From positions 5,370,772-5,434,771 of the forward strand of contig CP070744.1 of assembly GCA_020348265.1 (NCBI GenBank): a DNA stretch of 64,000 nt. Reading direction: 5' to 3'. This document shows positions 18,882 through 28,189 of the stretch, piece after piece. Each line of letters starts with the position of its first letter. Position 1 is the first letter of the stretch. A program made the translations under genes and the position numbers. The DNA is from Phycisphaerales bacterium. Lineage in GTDB: Bacteria > Planctomycetota > Phycisphaerae > UBA1845. The notes below the pieces were generated by a model that saw only the letters and a list, made by a program, of their open reading frames with translations, searched no databases and was not told the DNA's origin.

Positions 18882-20768
18882 ATGGCAGCGAAACCAAAGA
18901 TCATAGTAGTCGGCGGCGGATTAGGGGGCCTGTGGGCTGCGATGCGGATTGCCGAAAAGGGCATCCCCGTCGATATCTTCTCGCTCTTTCCAGTCAAGAG
19001 GTCGCACTCCTGCTGCGCGCAGGGAGGGATAAACGCGGTGCTTGACGTCAAGGGCGAGAACGACTCCATCTGGCAGCACATCGTCGACACCATTAAGGGC
19101 GGCGACTATCTGTCTGACCAGCCCCCCATCAGGAACCTCTGCGAGGAGGCCCCCGCGGTTATCAGGACCTTCGATCGCATGGGGGTGACCTTCAGCCGAA
19201 CGCCCGAGGGCATCATGGACCAGCGTCTCTTCGGCGGGGTCAAGAATCGCCGGACCGCGTTTGCGGGGGGAACGACCGGTCAGCAGCTCCTTTATGCAGC
19301 GGACGAGCAGGTCCGTGCCCACGAGGCCGCCGGAAAAGTGACCAAGCACGAGAACTGGGACTTCCTGTCGCTGGTGCTCGATGATCAGGGCGTTTGCCGG
19401 GGCATAACGGCTATGGATATGGGCAACATGCAGATCCACGCCTTCAGAGCCGACGCGGTAATAGTCGCCACGGGCGGTCTAGCCTTGATCTACGGCCGAT
19501 CGACCATGTCCAGCAACTCGACGGGCGCTCCGGCGGCACGGGTCTACCAACAAGGCGCCAAGTTCGCCAATGCCGAGTTCATCCAGTTCCACCCCACGGG
19601 GATGCCCGGACACGACAAGAACCGTTTGATGTCCGAAGCCTGCCGGGGCGAGGGCGGGCGAATCTGGGTTCCCAAAAAGGCCGGCGACGTGCGTGACCCG
19701 CTGGACATTCCGGAGGAGGAGCGTTTCTACTTCCTCGAAGAGTGGTATCCAGCCTACGGGAACACCGTCCCACGGGATGTTGCATCGCGGGCGATTTGCC
19801 GGGCGGTGCGGCACATGGGCCTGGGAATCGGCGGGAAGGACCTGGTCTACCTCGATCTGACCCATCAGCCTCGCGAGTTTCTCGAGACCAGGCTGGGGGG
19901 CATTCTGGAGATGTACCGGACTTTCTTCGGGGAAGACCCCTGCGAAACGCCAATGAAGATCTTCCCCTCGACCCATTACTCGATGGGGGGGATCTGGGTT
20001 GATTTCGAAAAGGACGAGCAGACCGGGGGGATGGCCCGCGTCTCGCCCAAGAACCACGCGACGAGTATTCCCGGGCTCTATGCCTGCGGCGAATGTGACT
20101 TCGCCTATCACGGGGCGAATCGCCTGGGAGCCAATTCTTTGCTCAGCGCTTCGTTCAGCGGGATGGTGGCCGGTGATGCTGCGGTAGCCCGTGTAAAGGG
20201 CATGGGCAAAAGCGGCAAAGAGTTGCCGGAGAGCACACTGGAGAACGAGCGCAAGCGTCAAGAGGATGGCAACAAATCCATCATGTCCTCGGATGGGCGG
20301 GAGAATCCCTTTGCCCTGCATCGCGAGCTGGGGGACCTGATGCGCGAGCACGTGTTTGTCGAAAGGGACAACGCCGGGATCGACAAAGCACTCAATGGGA
20401 TCGGCGAACTCAAACAGCGCGCCCGCAAGGTGTCGCTCGATGACCGGGCTTCCTGGGCAAACCAGTCGCTCTCTTGGGCCCGCCAGGTGCAGGACATGAT
20501 CATGCTCGCGGAGGTCATCGCCAAGAGTGCGCGGATGCGTGATGAGTGTCGGGGCTCGCACTACAAGGCTGAGTTTGAGCTCAAGCTCCCCGAAGGTAAG
20601 TTCGAGGGCGACCCGGAATACGATGAATACAAGGCCAAGTGGAAGGCCAACAACGAGAAATGGCTTAAGCACACCATCGTCACACACACAGACGACGGCC
20701 CCCGGATAGAATACAAGCCGGTGGATATTTCCGTGCTTCCACCCGAGAAGCCCAGAGATTACCGGTAG
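18882..20768 (+). CDS. sdhA: Succinate dehydrogenase/fumarate reductase flavoprotein subunit
   Basis: MAAKPKIIVVGGGLGGLWAA FAD-binding fold, HPTG, and the RLGANSL and CRGSHYK motifs. The track ORF (18183-) is an upstream open-frame extension that overlaps sdhC. Confidence 0.95.
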   Translation: MAAKPKIIVVGGGLGGLWAAMRIAEKGIPVDIFSLFPVKRSHSCCAQGGINAVLDVKGENDSIWQHIVDTIKGGDYLSDQPPIRNLCEEAPAVIRTFDRMGVTFSRTPEGIMDQRLFGGVKNRRTAFAGGTTGQQLLYAADEQVRAHEAAGKVTKHENWDFLSLVLDDQGVCRGITAMDMGNMQIHAFRADAVIVATGGLALIYGRSTMSSNSTGAPAARVYQQGAKFANAEFIQFHPTGMPGHDKNRLMSEACRGEGGRIWVPKKAGDVRDPLDIPEEERFYFLEEWYPAYGNTVPRDVASRAICRAVRHMGLGIGGKDLVYLDLTHQPREFLETRLGGILEMYRTFFGEDPCETPMKIFPSTHYSMGGIWVDFEKDEQTGGMARVSPKNHATSIPGLYACGECDFAYHGANRLGANSLLSASFSGMVAGDAAVARVKGMGKSGKELPESTLENERKRQEDGNKSIMSSDGRENPFALHRELGDLMREHVFVERDNAGIDKALNGIGELKQRARKVSLDDRASWANQSLSWARQVQDMIMLAEVIAKSARMRDECRGSHYKAEFELKLPEGKFEGDPEYDEYKAKWKANNEKWLKHTIVTHTDDGPRIEYKPVDISVLPPEKPRDYR

Positions 20769-20784
20769 ATATTGGAGACGGCAG

Positions 20785-21540
20785 ATGGCTGAGAAGAAGG
20801 TAATCCATTTTAAGATAAAGCGGCAAAACGGCCCGACGGGGGCCCCCTATTGGGAGGAGTTCAAAATGGACTACGCTCCCAACCACAACGTGGTGTCCGC
20901 GTTGATGTACTTGCGCGAACATCCCGTCAACGTGGATGGGAAGAAGATCGAGCCCGTCGTGTGGGACTCCAACTGCATGGAGGAAGTATGCGGGGCTTGC
21001 TCGATGATCATCAACGACGTGCCTCGCCAGGCCTGTGCCGCTCTGATTGACGACCTGGAACAACCCATCGTCCTCGAGCCTTTGACAAAGTTTCCGCTCA
21101 TCCGCGACTTGATGGTCGACCGCCAGAAGATGTTCGACGCCCTGCTCAAGATCAAAGCCTGGGTGCCTATGGACGGCTCTTGGGACATACACCGCCATGC
21201 GCCGTTGATCGCAGCTGGCGAGCAATCCGTCCGCTACCTCTTCTCACGCTGTATGACCTGCGGCTGCTGTATGGAGGCGTGTCCGCAGTTTCACCAGGAC
21301 TCCGCTTTCATCGGGCCCGCTCCGCTGGGTCAGGTGAAGATGCATAACTCCCATCCTACGGGTAAGTATGCAAACGAAGATCGACTTCACGCCATCATGG
21401 GTGATGGCGGCCTTACCGATTGCGGCAACGCCCAGAACTGCGTCAAGGTATGCCCGAAGGACATTCCCCTTACCGATGCCATCGCTCAACTGGGCCGACA
21501 GACCACCATGCAATGGCTGCGGGATATGTTTGTGAAATAG
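20785..21540 (+). CDS. sdhB: Succinate dehydrogenase/fumarate reductase iron-sulfur subunit
   Basis: Cys clusters CMEEVCGACSM, CMTCGCCMEACP and CGNAQNCVKVCP. Confidence 0.95.
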   Translation: MAEKKVIHFKIKRQNGPTGAPYWEEFKMDYAPNHNVVSALMYLREHPVNVDGKKIEPVVWDSNCMEEVCGACSMIINDVPRQACAALIDDLEQPIVLEPLTKFPLIRDLMVDRQKMFDALLKIKAWVPMDGSWDIHRHAPLIAAGEQSVRYLFSRCMTCGCCMEACPQFHQDSAFIGPAPLGQVKMHNSHPTGKYANEDRLHAIMGDGGLTDCGNAQNCVKVCPKDIPLTDAIAQLGRQTTMQWLRDMFVK

Positions 21541-21596
21541 TACGAGTACATCGCCACATGTCAATCCGCGGGCAGCGGTTTATACAACGTTATGTG

Positions 21597-21621
21597 CTAC
21601 TGCTTTCAAGCAGTGTCTTTT
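21597..21621 (+). terminator. Weak candidate terminator after sdhB
   Basis: ACTGC-TTTCAA-GCAGT stem followed by GTCTTTTG. The stem is short, so confidence is low. Confidence 0.3.
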
Positions 21622-21733
21622 GACCCTTCTCGGTGTTCATGCACTGCGCACTACTCAAGAGCAGTGGCACACCCGTAGGGTCAAGCGTGACGGTGCACCG
21701 GCATGCTATATCCCGAGAGTCTACCGGAAAGTG

Positions 21734-23749
21734 TCAGCCTTCTGTCGTCGGTGTGGAGATGGGAATGTCCGAAGCGCTGAGGCGGGGGGGAGCTCCGGTA
21801 GTGTACTCGGGCACGAGGCGCTTGAGTTCGGCTTGCAGTACACCGCTCGTGGAAGAGTCGGCCATTTCCACGAGGCGATCGATCCCTTTGTGGACCATGT
21901 CCCAGTCCTCAACGCGGTGCTTCCAAATGCCGATCTTGGGGTGGGCGGTGTCGCCTATGTGCTCACCTTCGCTGGAGAGTTCTTCAAAGAGCTTCTCTCC
22001 GGGACGTTTGCCGGAGAAGGCTATCTCGATGTCGATACCAGGTCGCAGCCCGCTTAGCTTGATCATGTCGCGGGCAAGGTCGAGGATCTTGACCGGTTCA
22101 CCCATGTGCAGAACGTAGATCTCTCCGCCCTTGCCCATCGTGCCGGCTTGCAGAACGAGCTGCGCAGCTTCGGGAATGGTCATGAAGTACCGAATCATAT
22201 CGGGATGGGTGACTGTTACCGGCCCGCCCCGGGCGATCTGTTCTCTGAAGATCGGCACGACACTGCCGCTGCTGCCCAACACGTTGCCGAAACGCACTGT
22301 GATGAACTGGGTAGTATCCCGTCCGGTCAGGCCCTGCACGTACATCTCGGCGACACGTTTCGTGCATCCCATCACGCTCGTGGGATTGACTGCTTTGTCC
22401 GTGGAAATCAACACCATCTTCTCAACCCCCGCCGCCATGCACGTGTCGGCAAGGGCTACGGTTCCCCCGATGTTGTTCTTAATCGCCTCCCCGGGGTTGA
22501 TCTCCATCATGGGAACATGCTTATGGGCAGCAGCGTGGAAGACTACAGGCGGCTTTTCCCTGTTGAAGATGTTCTGGAGGCGCGTGCGATCCGCAATATC
22601 CGCCACATAGGGCACCACGTCCAGTTCCGGATAGCGGCGGCGAAGCTCGCGGTCGATATCAAAAAGGGCGTTTTCCGCACGTTCCAGCAGCACCAGTCGC
22701 TGGGGCCTGAAAGAGGCAACCTGACGGCACATCTCCGAACCGATGCTCCCGCCCGCCCCGGACACCAGCACACGCTTGTTATGCAGCTCCGCGCCGATCC
22801 GATCCGTGTCGAGCTCCACGGGCTCTCGGCCAAGCAGGTCGGCGATGTCAACGTCGCGAATCTGACTGACCTGCACGCGCCCCTCGATGACGTCGGAAAC
22901 TGCCGGGATCGTGCGGAAGTGCACGCCCGTACCCTCACACTTCTCGACCAGTTCGCGTATTTGCCTGGGGGAAGCGTTGGGCAGGGCTATCAACACTTCC
23001 TGCACCTCATGCTTCTGGCATACCTCGCGAATCTGAGCCGTTCGCCCGATCACTTCAACATTGTGGATTCGGCCGTGAAGCCGGACGACATCGTCGTCCA
23101 GAAAACCAACGCATTCAAAACGCTCCCAGCGCATGCGCTGGATTTCCCGCAGCACGGTTTCTCCCGCGTTGCCCGCACCGACGATCAACACACGATTGGG
23201 GTTGCTCACTCGCGGAGCCTGGATGTCTTCATAATAGAACCGAATGAAGACCCTGGCAGCTGATACGAAGACAATCGTAGCCGCCCAGTCCAGAGCAAAC
23301 ACCGAGGACTGACGAAGATCGGGGCCGGATCCACCTGCCAGCGTACGGTCGATCAATGTGTGGCCGAAGAGCCGCTGCCAGGCATTCTCGATTACGAAGT
23401 ACGCTAGTAGGAACAGAAAGGATCCGACAAGAGCGGAACTGATCACCCCGAACAGGTCGCGCAGGCCCACGTAACGCCACGAGCCCTTGTACTGTCCGCT
23501 CCAATGAAATACGAGCAGCTTGATCGGCAGGGCCATCAGCACCAGCGGCAGGTAAAGCTGGTAGAGCCAGGGGTAGAAGACACCTTGCCGCTTGACAAAG
23601 AAGCGGAAGTTGTAGGCCAACAGAAAGGCGGCGAGCAAGGCCAAGGCGAAAAGCACTGCGTGGGCGGCGATCACCACGGCGAGCCGACGGCGGATCAGGA
23701 ATCCGGGACGGGCTCTCTGCAGATTGTCGGAGTCGTTGGTTGCCATCAA
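21734..23749 (-). CDS. Membrane-bound polysaccharide biosynthesis protein, CapD/WbpM/PglF-like NDP-sugar 4,6-dehydratase
   Basis: N-terminal TM helices followed by two Rossmann-like regions (LIVGAGNAGE; VLVSGAGGSIGSE) and STDKAVNPTSVMGCTKR. Confidence 0.85.
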   Translation of the reverse strand: MMATNDSDNLQRARPGFLIRRRLAVVIAAHAVLFALALLAAFLLAYNFRFFVKRQGVFYPWLYQLYLPLVLMALPIKLLVFHWSGQYKGSWRYVGLRDLFGVISSALVGSFLFLLAYFVIENAWQRLFGHTLIDRTLAGGSGPDLRQSSVFALDWAATIVFVSAARVFIRFYYEDIQAPRVSNPNRVLIVGAGNAGETVLREIQRMRWERFECVGFLDDDVVRLHGRIHNVEVIGRTAQIREVCQKHEVQEVLIALPNASPRQIRELVEKCEGTGVHFRTIPAVSDVIEGRVQVSQIRDVDIADLLGREPVELDTDRIGAELHNKRVLVSGAGGSIGSEMCRQVASFRPQRLVLLERAENALFDIDRELRRRYPELDVVPYVADIADRTRLQNIFNREKPPVVFHAAAHKHVPMMEINPGEAIKNNIGGTVALADTCMAAGVEKMVLISTDKAVNPTSVMGCTKRVAEMYVQGLTGRDTTQFITVRFGNVLGSSGSVVPIFREQIARGGPVTVTHPDMIRYFMTIPEAAQLVLQAGTMGKGGEIYVLHMGEPVKILDLARDMIKLSGLRPGIDIEIAFSGKRPGEKLFEELSSEGEHIGDTAHPKIGIWKHRVEDWDMVHKGIDRLVEMADSSTSGVLQAELKRLVPEYTTGAPPRLSASDIPISTPTTEG

Positions 23750-23752
23750 ATG

Positions 23753-24895
23753 CTATGGTTGGACCCTGCCCGGTGCCCCCGCCTGAACGGAACGCATCTG
23801 TGCGACCCACCCGGCGAACCCGGTCTCGGAGCTCACTTTCTGCAGTGTTTCAGCCTCTGCGATCGCCCGCTCCCTCTCACCGATGTACCAGGTTACGAAG
23901 ACCTGCAGCGCCCGTGGTAACGCTTTGCCACCCCCGGCTTGGGCGTAGGATTCGCAGCTCAGGCGCACTTGCCGGGCGTAAATCGGATCACCGTAGAGTT
24001 CAGCCAGGTCCACCGCATGAGCGAACAGGTTCGCATCACGCCTGGTGAGCTCGCCCAGAAGCGCCATTGCGGTGTGGAACCCTCCCAACGACAAATGACT
24101 GAACAGCGCCCCGATTCGCGACTCGAAGTCCAGAGGATCCAGGATGACTGCCGATTCAAAAGCTCGGGCCGCCCGGCGGAAGTTGCTGTTTTCCTCCCGC
24201 CCCTTGCGGAACCAGGACCAACCCTCCGCGCGTGCCCGCGAGTACGACTGGGTAAGAGTCTGACTGAGCCAGTCATCCAACCCGACCGCATCCGCTGCCA
24301 CCGGAGGCGTGTCCGCCTGCCTCAACGCGGAATCCCTGACGGCTCCGGCAAGGCCGATACCTACAACACCATGTGTTGCCCTCGCCCGGTGGACCGGCGA
24401 GTTCAATGAGGTAGCCTCAATAAGGTCATTCCTGCGAGTAAAGGCCTTGCCAACGTCCCCCATCTGTGCACCGGTTGCCCGCTGTTCAAACCCGCCGTAT
24501 TGCCTGTAAAGGCTGCGAACGTCTTCCGAGACGTTTGCTCCGGCATGGGGATACTGGAACCGGGGCGGTCGGCCCACAGGGGGCAGCCCCCCCGGCAGGG
24601 CGAAAGGGGCAAGCCCGCCCCGCTGGCTAGCACGTCGGCTCTGCTCCTGGAAGCTGCGAAGCGATCGCCTCTGGGCGTCGTTTGCGAACGCCCTGATCCT
24701 GCGACGCTCCGAGTAGACCGGACTGGCATTGCCGTACGCATCGACTTGGGACACTTCTCCGCCATACGACCCGGGAATCTGGGCGCTGGCGGTCTGAGGG
24801 GCCAGGCACAGTCCCAGGAAAGCGAGCGCCTGCGGAGCGGCCATCGAGCACCATGTCAGCCACCGCCCATGCACGCGCACAACCTCCTCTCTCAT
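23753..24895 (-). CDS. Hypothetical secreted protein (TPR-like helical C-terminal part)
   Basis: Signal peptide (AAPQALAFLGLCLAPQTASA). The stop lies 3 nt before the capD-like start. No family was recognised. Confidence 0.55.
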   Translation of the reverse strand: MREEVVRVHGRWLTWCSMAAPQALAFLGLCLAPQTASAQIPGSYGGEVSQVDAYGNASPVYSERRRIRAFANDAQRRSLRSFQEQSRRASQRGGLAPFALPGGLPPVGRPPRFQYPHAGANVSEDVRSLYRQYGGFEQRATGAQMGDVGKAFTRRNDLIEATSLNSPVHRARATHGVVGIGLAGAVRDSALRQADTPPVAADAVGLDDWLSQTLTQSYSRARAEGWSWFRKGREENSNFRRAARAFESAVILDPLDFESRIGALFSHLSLGGFHTAMALLGELTRRDANLFAHAVDLAELYGDPIYARQVRLSCESYAQAGGGKALPRALQVFVTWYIGERERAIAEAETLQKVSSETGFAGWVAQMRSVQAGAPGRVQP

Positions 24896-25022
24896 GCCAC
24901 CAATGCGAGCGCGGCATGATCATTCAATCGGCAAATCCTATTTGAATGCCCAGTTGAAATCAAGGCTTCGGCATTCTGGTGCAAGCTTGCCAACGAACAG
25001 TAAACCCTCGCGGTATCAACAG

Positions 25023-26231
25023 CTACGGCAAGGCTGTCTCCCGCTGGCCCGTCGTGGGAACCGCGTCAAGGCGGTTGCGCAGTTCCTCGAAGTAGGAACG
25101 GACCGGCTCGTACGCTTCGTGCGTGGAGCGTTCCGTTGCGGGTACCGCACTCAAGCGCTCCGAATGAGCAAGAATGTAAGCTTTCGCCCGCCCAACGGTT
25201 TCTGCGTGGATCGACCAGGATGCACTTATCTGCCCCGCATCCAACTTGTAGCGCTTCTGCATCTCCAGCACGTACGCAAACCAGGTGGTCGGGTTGTGTG
25301 CAGTCCACTCTGGGATCGGCAGGAACTCTGCTCTGGGTTCGGCGGATGGGACCGCCCGGTCTGCCGGAAGAGACTGGCGACGTCTCGGCTGAGCACCTGG
25401 AATCGCCGCGGACGTCACCCGCCTGTGGATCGGATCGCTCCCCAGACCCCAGTGCTCAGGCTCCCACTCACCTCGAGCCCATTCGGCTCGCATGTTCTGC
25501 AGGACGCGCCAACGCTTCTCGAAAGCCTTCATATCTTTCTTAAGGATCTCGCGTTGTTGGGAGTCCATGGTCGGCTCCATCTCAACCAGGATGCGATCGA
25601 CAACCGCTCGTGCATCGCTTACGAGCGGTTCACTGTCCTGTGTCCAGCGGGCGACCTGTTCGGAAGTGAAAGGTTTCCCCTGCATGCGTAGCTGCACAAC
25701 CTCGCTTACCTGGTTGAAAACGGTTCCCGCGTGCCGGGCCAGGAATCCGCCGAACTCACGTACAACCGCAGCCTTGTGCTTGGTCGATTGTTGAGGAGAG
25801 AAGTCGTAACGTTGTGACACCAACTGGCACGCAAGCTCGATCCGCTGGGCCATCTTCCACGGCGGTATGGCGGACACCTCGCGCACAAGCTCCCTGGCGA
25901 AGATGTCCGCTTCGTCGTCCCACGAGTTTCGTTCCCAGATGTCTTTAAGAGACTGCTCGATCAAGGGATGCTCCTCCTCCCAATCGGAATCACTGACCCA
26001 CTCGACGATCTCCCCAAACGCATTCGCGATTGCCTGATTGAGGTTCTTGCTGGATCCGTCGCTCGGCGGTGGCGGGCCCTGCCCGCACGTCAGAGCCGCG
26101 AAGACGGCGCTGAGGCATGCGCCCTGCAGACGGACAACGGGATGGGAGGGGTCCCTTGGCATCATCAGCCCCTTACACATAAGCATACCACAAATCCTGG
26201 TATCAAAGAAGCGTATTATGCCGGCGTTCAC
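25023..26231 (-). CDS. Hypothetical protein (W/E-rich, helical)
   Basis: 402-aa ORF whose start overlaps the dipeptidase stop (ATGA at 26228-26231). No family was recognised. Confidence 0.55.
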   Translation of the reverse strand: MNAGIIRFFDTRICGMLMCKGLMMPRDPSHPVVRLQGACLSAVFAALTCGQGPPPPSDGSSKNLNQAIANAFGEIVEWVSDSDWEEEHPLIEQSLKDIWERNSWDDEADIFARELVREVSAIPPWKMAQRIELACQLVSQRYDFSPQQSTKHKAAVVREFGGFLARHAGTVFNQVSEVVQLRMQGKPFTSEQVARWTQDSEPLVSDARAVVDRILVEMEPTMDSQQREILKKDMKAFEKRWRVLQNMRAEWARGEWEPEHWGLGSDPIHRRVTSAAIPGAQPRRRQSLPADRAVPSAEPRAEFLPIPEWTAHNPTTWFAYVLEMQKRYKLDAGQISASWSIHAETVGRAKAYILAHSERLSAVPATERSTHEAYEPVRSYFEELRNRLDAVPTTGQRETALP

Positions 26232-27352
26232 CCGGTCGGAGTGATTCCTTGCAGATCGTCAGCGACCCTCTTACATGCGTCCATCACGCGCAGAACGTTC
26301 TCCCCCAGCACGTTCTCCAGGTCCGCCTCAGGATGGCCCCGGCGAAGCAGGGCGGCAGTAAGGTAGGGGAGCTTCGAGCAGTCCTCCATCCCGGCAGGCA
26401 CCGCGAAGATGCCGTCAAAATCCGTGCCGATCCCGACGTGTTCCGGGCCGGTGACCTGCAAGGCATGGTCGAAGTGATCGACCAGAATCTCCAGCGGGGT
26501 GACGCAATCGGGCATGGCCCCTTCCGGCATTCGGCCGGTTTTGAAGTACTGTTCGATGGCGGCCCGCTCCACCGGGGGGAAGGCGGGGTTAATGAACTTG
26601 GGAGAGAAGTTGATCTGCACGACTCCGCCGCTCTTCGCGATTGCCCGCATCATCTCGTCGGTGAGGTTACGGCGGTGAGGCGAAACAGATCTGCATGATG
26701 AATGTGTCGCGACGATTGGGGCTCGGGAAACCTCCACCACGTCCCAAAAAGTCTTATCGCTCACGTGGGAAACGTCCACCATCATGCCTAAGCGGTTCAT
26801 CTCCGCAACGACCTCGCGACCGAAGGAAGTTAACCCGTCGCATCGCGGGGCCAGATCCTCGTCAACGCCTGAGGAATCCGCCCACGAGGTGTGAGTCGAA
26901 TGCGTTAGCGTCAGGTAAATAGCACCTTCCTCATGATACTTGCGCAGAAGCTCGAGAGAATCTTCGATGAGGTGCCCGCCCTCTACGGCGATCAGGATAG
27001 CGATCCTGCCCTCGCGATGAGCCTGCCTTATGCCTTGGGCATCCCGGGCGAGTGCCAGATCTCGGGCATTTGAGTCGACGACGTGTTTAATTCGTCGGAT
27101 CTGAGTTCGCACCGCTCGCGCCCCTTCACCGGGCTTACCAGTATCACGAGCGAAGGCTGCGAGAAAAATCGCGCCGACTACGCCTTCACGCATGCGGGGG
27201 ATGTCCACGTGCCCGTGCTCGTGGCGTCGGGCGATTTCCCACTCATCGTCGGCCAGTCGTTGGGGGGTGTCGCAATGCGTGTCGATGAGTATCGCGCGGC
27301 TGTGGAGTCGCCTCGCCCGGTGAAGGTATTCGCTATCCCTGTCGATCGTCAT
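26228..27352 (-). CDS. Membrane dipeptidase, peptidase family M19
   Basis: LIDTHCDTP, HVSDKTFWDV and IGTDFDG are typical renal-dipeptidase-family motifs. Confidence 0.85.
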   Translation of the reverse strand: MTIDRDSEYLHRARRLHSRAILIDTHCDTPQRLADDEWEIARRHEHGHVDIPRMREGVVGAIFLAAFARDTGKPGEGARAVRTQIRRIKHVVDSNARDLALARDAQGIRQAHREGRIAILIAVEGGHLIEDSLELLRKYHEEGAIYLTLTHSTHTSWADSSGVDEDLAPRCDGLTSFGREVVAEMNRLGMMVDVSHVSDKTFWDVVEVSRAPIVATHSSCRSVSPHRRNLTDEMMRAIAKSGGVVQINFSPKFINPAFPPVERAAIEQYFKTGRMPEGAMPDCVTPLEILVDHFDHALQVTGPEHVGIGTDFDGIFAVPAGMEDCSKLPYLTAALLRRGHPEADLENVLGENVLRVMDACKRVADDLQGITPTG

Positions 27353-27641
27353 GGGGGCATTGTAACGCGCTCGGCCCTGCGCACACGGCCGATCCTGTCC
27401 GGCAAAACCTGCCAGTTTGTCGCATACCTCGTTTGCTGTACTGGCGAGGCCTTCATTATTGGACCCTCTGCACCAGATTCTCTTGCCGTCGAAGAACGCC
27501 GACCAGACCGATAATTTCCGAATGTCCGCGTCGATACTGCTCGATAGTTAGGGGAAGACGCGCGATCGATATGGCGGCGACAGGGGTTCGCTCGATCGAT
27601 CTGTGCTCCGTGATACGCAGTCGCAACCAAGGAGTCTACCT

Positions 27642-28154
27642 ATGTTAGGGAAGTCATATTTTCGGATTTCTCTTCTGATCCTGCCGTTGGCCGGTTTGGC
27701 CTGCAATCAGAAACTCACCGCGACACAGATCCAGCACGAGCGCATGGACGTCGCCCGGGCCAATCCGCGACACCACTTCGCGTACATGATGGACAACGCG
27801 ATGGCAGCGGATATGGCAATCGTCGACTTCCATTTCGTAAGTCACACGAGTGAGCTCAGTGGGGCAGGTGCGGCCAGACTCGACCGCATGGCTCATTATC
27901 TTAACGCCTACGGCGGGACCGTCAGATACGACACGTCTCTGACCGACGAGGAACTGATCCGGACGCGCCTGGAGCGCGTACGCGAATACCTCGCCGCCGT
28001 AGGGTGCGATATGGATCGAGTTGAAGCCACCACCATGATCTCGGGCGGTAGCGGAAGCCCCGCGGATAGGGCGATTGAGTACGAAGAAAACCTGGTTGCG
28101 CCACCTAAAGAGGAGACGTCTTCCAGCGGATTCCTCAGCGGTGCGGGGAGTTGA
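27642..28154 (+). CDS. Hypothetical lipoprotein
   Basis: ATG at 27642 is preceded by AAGGAG. Lipobox LAGLAC. The start is trimmed from the track ORF (27603). Confidence 0.6.
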   Translation: MLGKSYFRISLLILPLAGLACNQKLTATQIQHERMDVARANPRHHFAYMMDNAMAADMAIVDFHFVSHTSELSGAGAARLDRMAHYLNAYGGTVRYDTSLTDEELIRTRLERVREYLAAVGCDMDRVEATTMISGGSGSPADRAIEYEENLVAPPKEETSSSGFLSGAGS

Positions 28155-28189
28155 TCGTAGGAGTGGCGAATCAAGAGGCTGAGTGAGAG

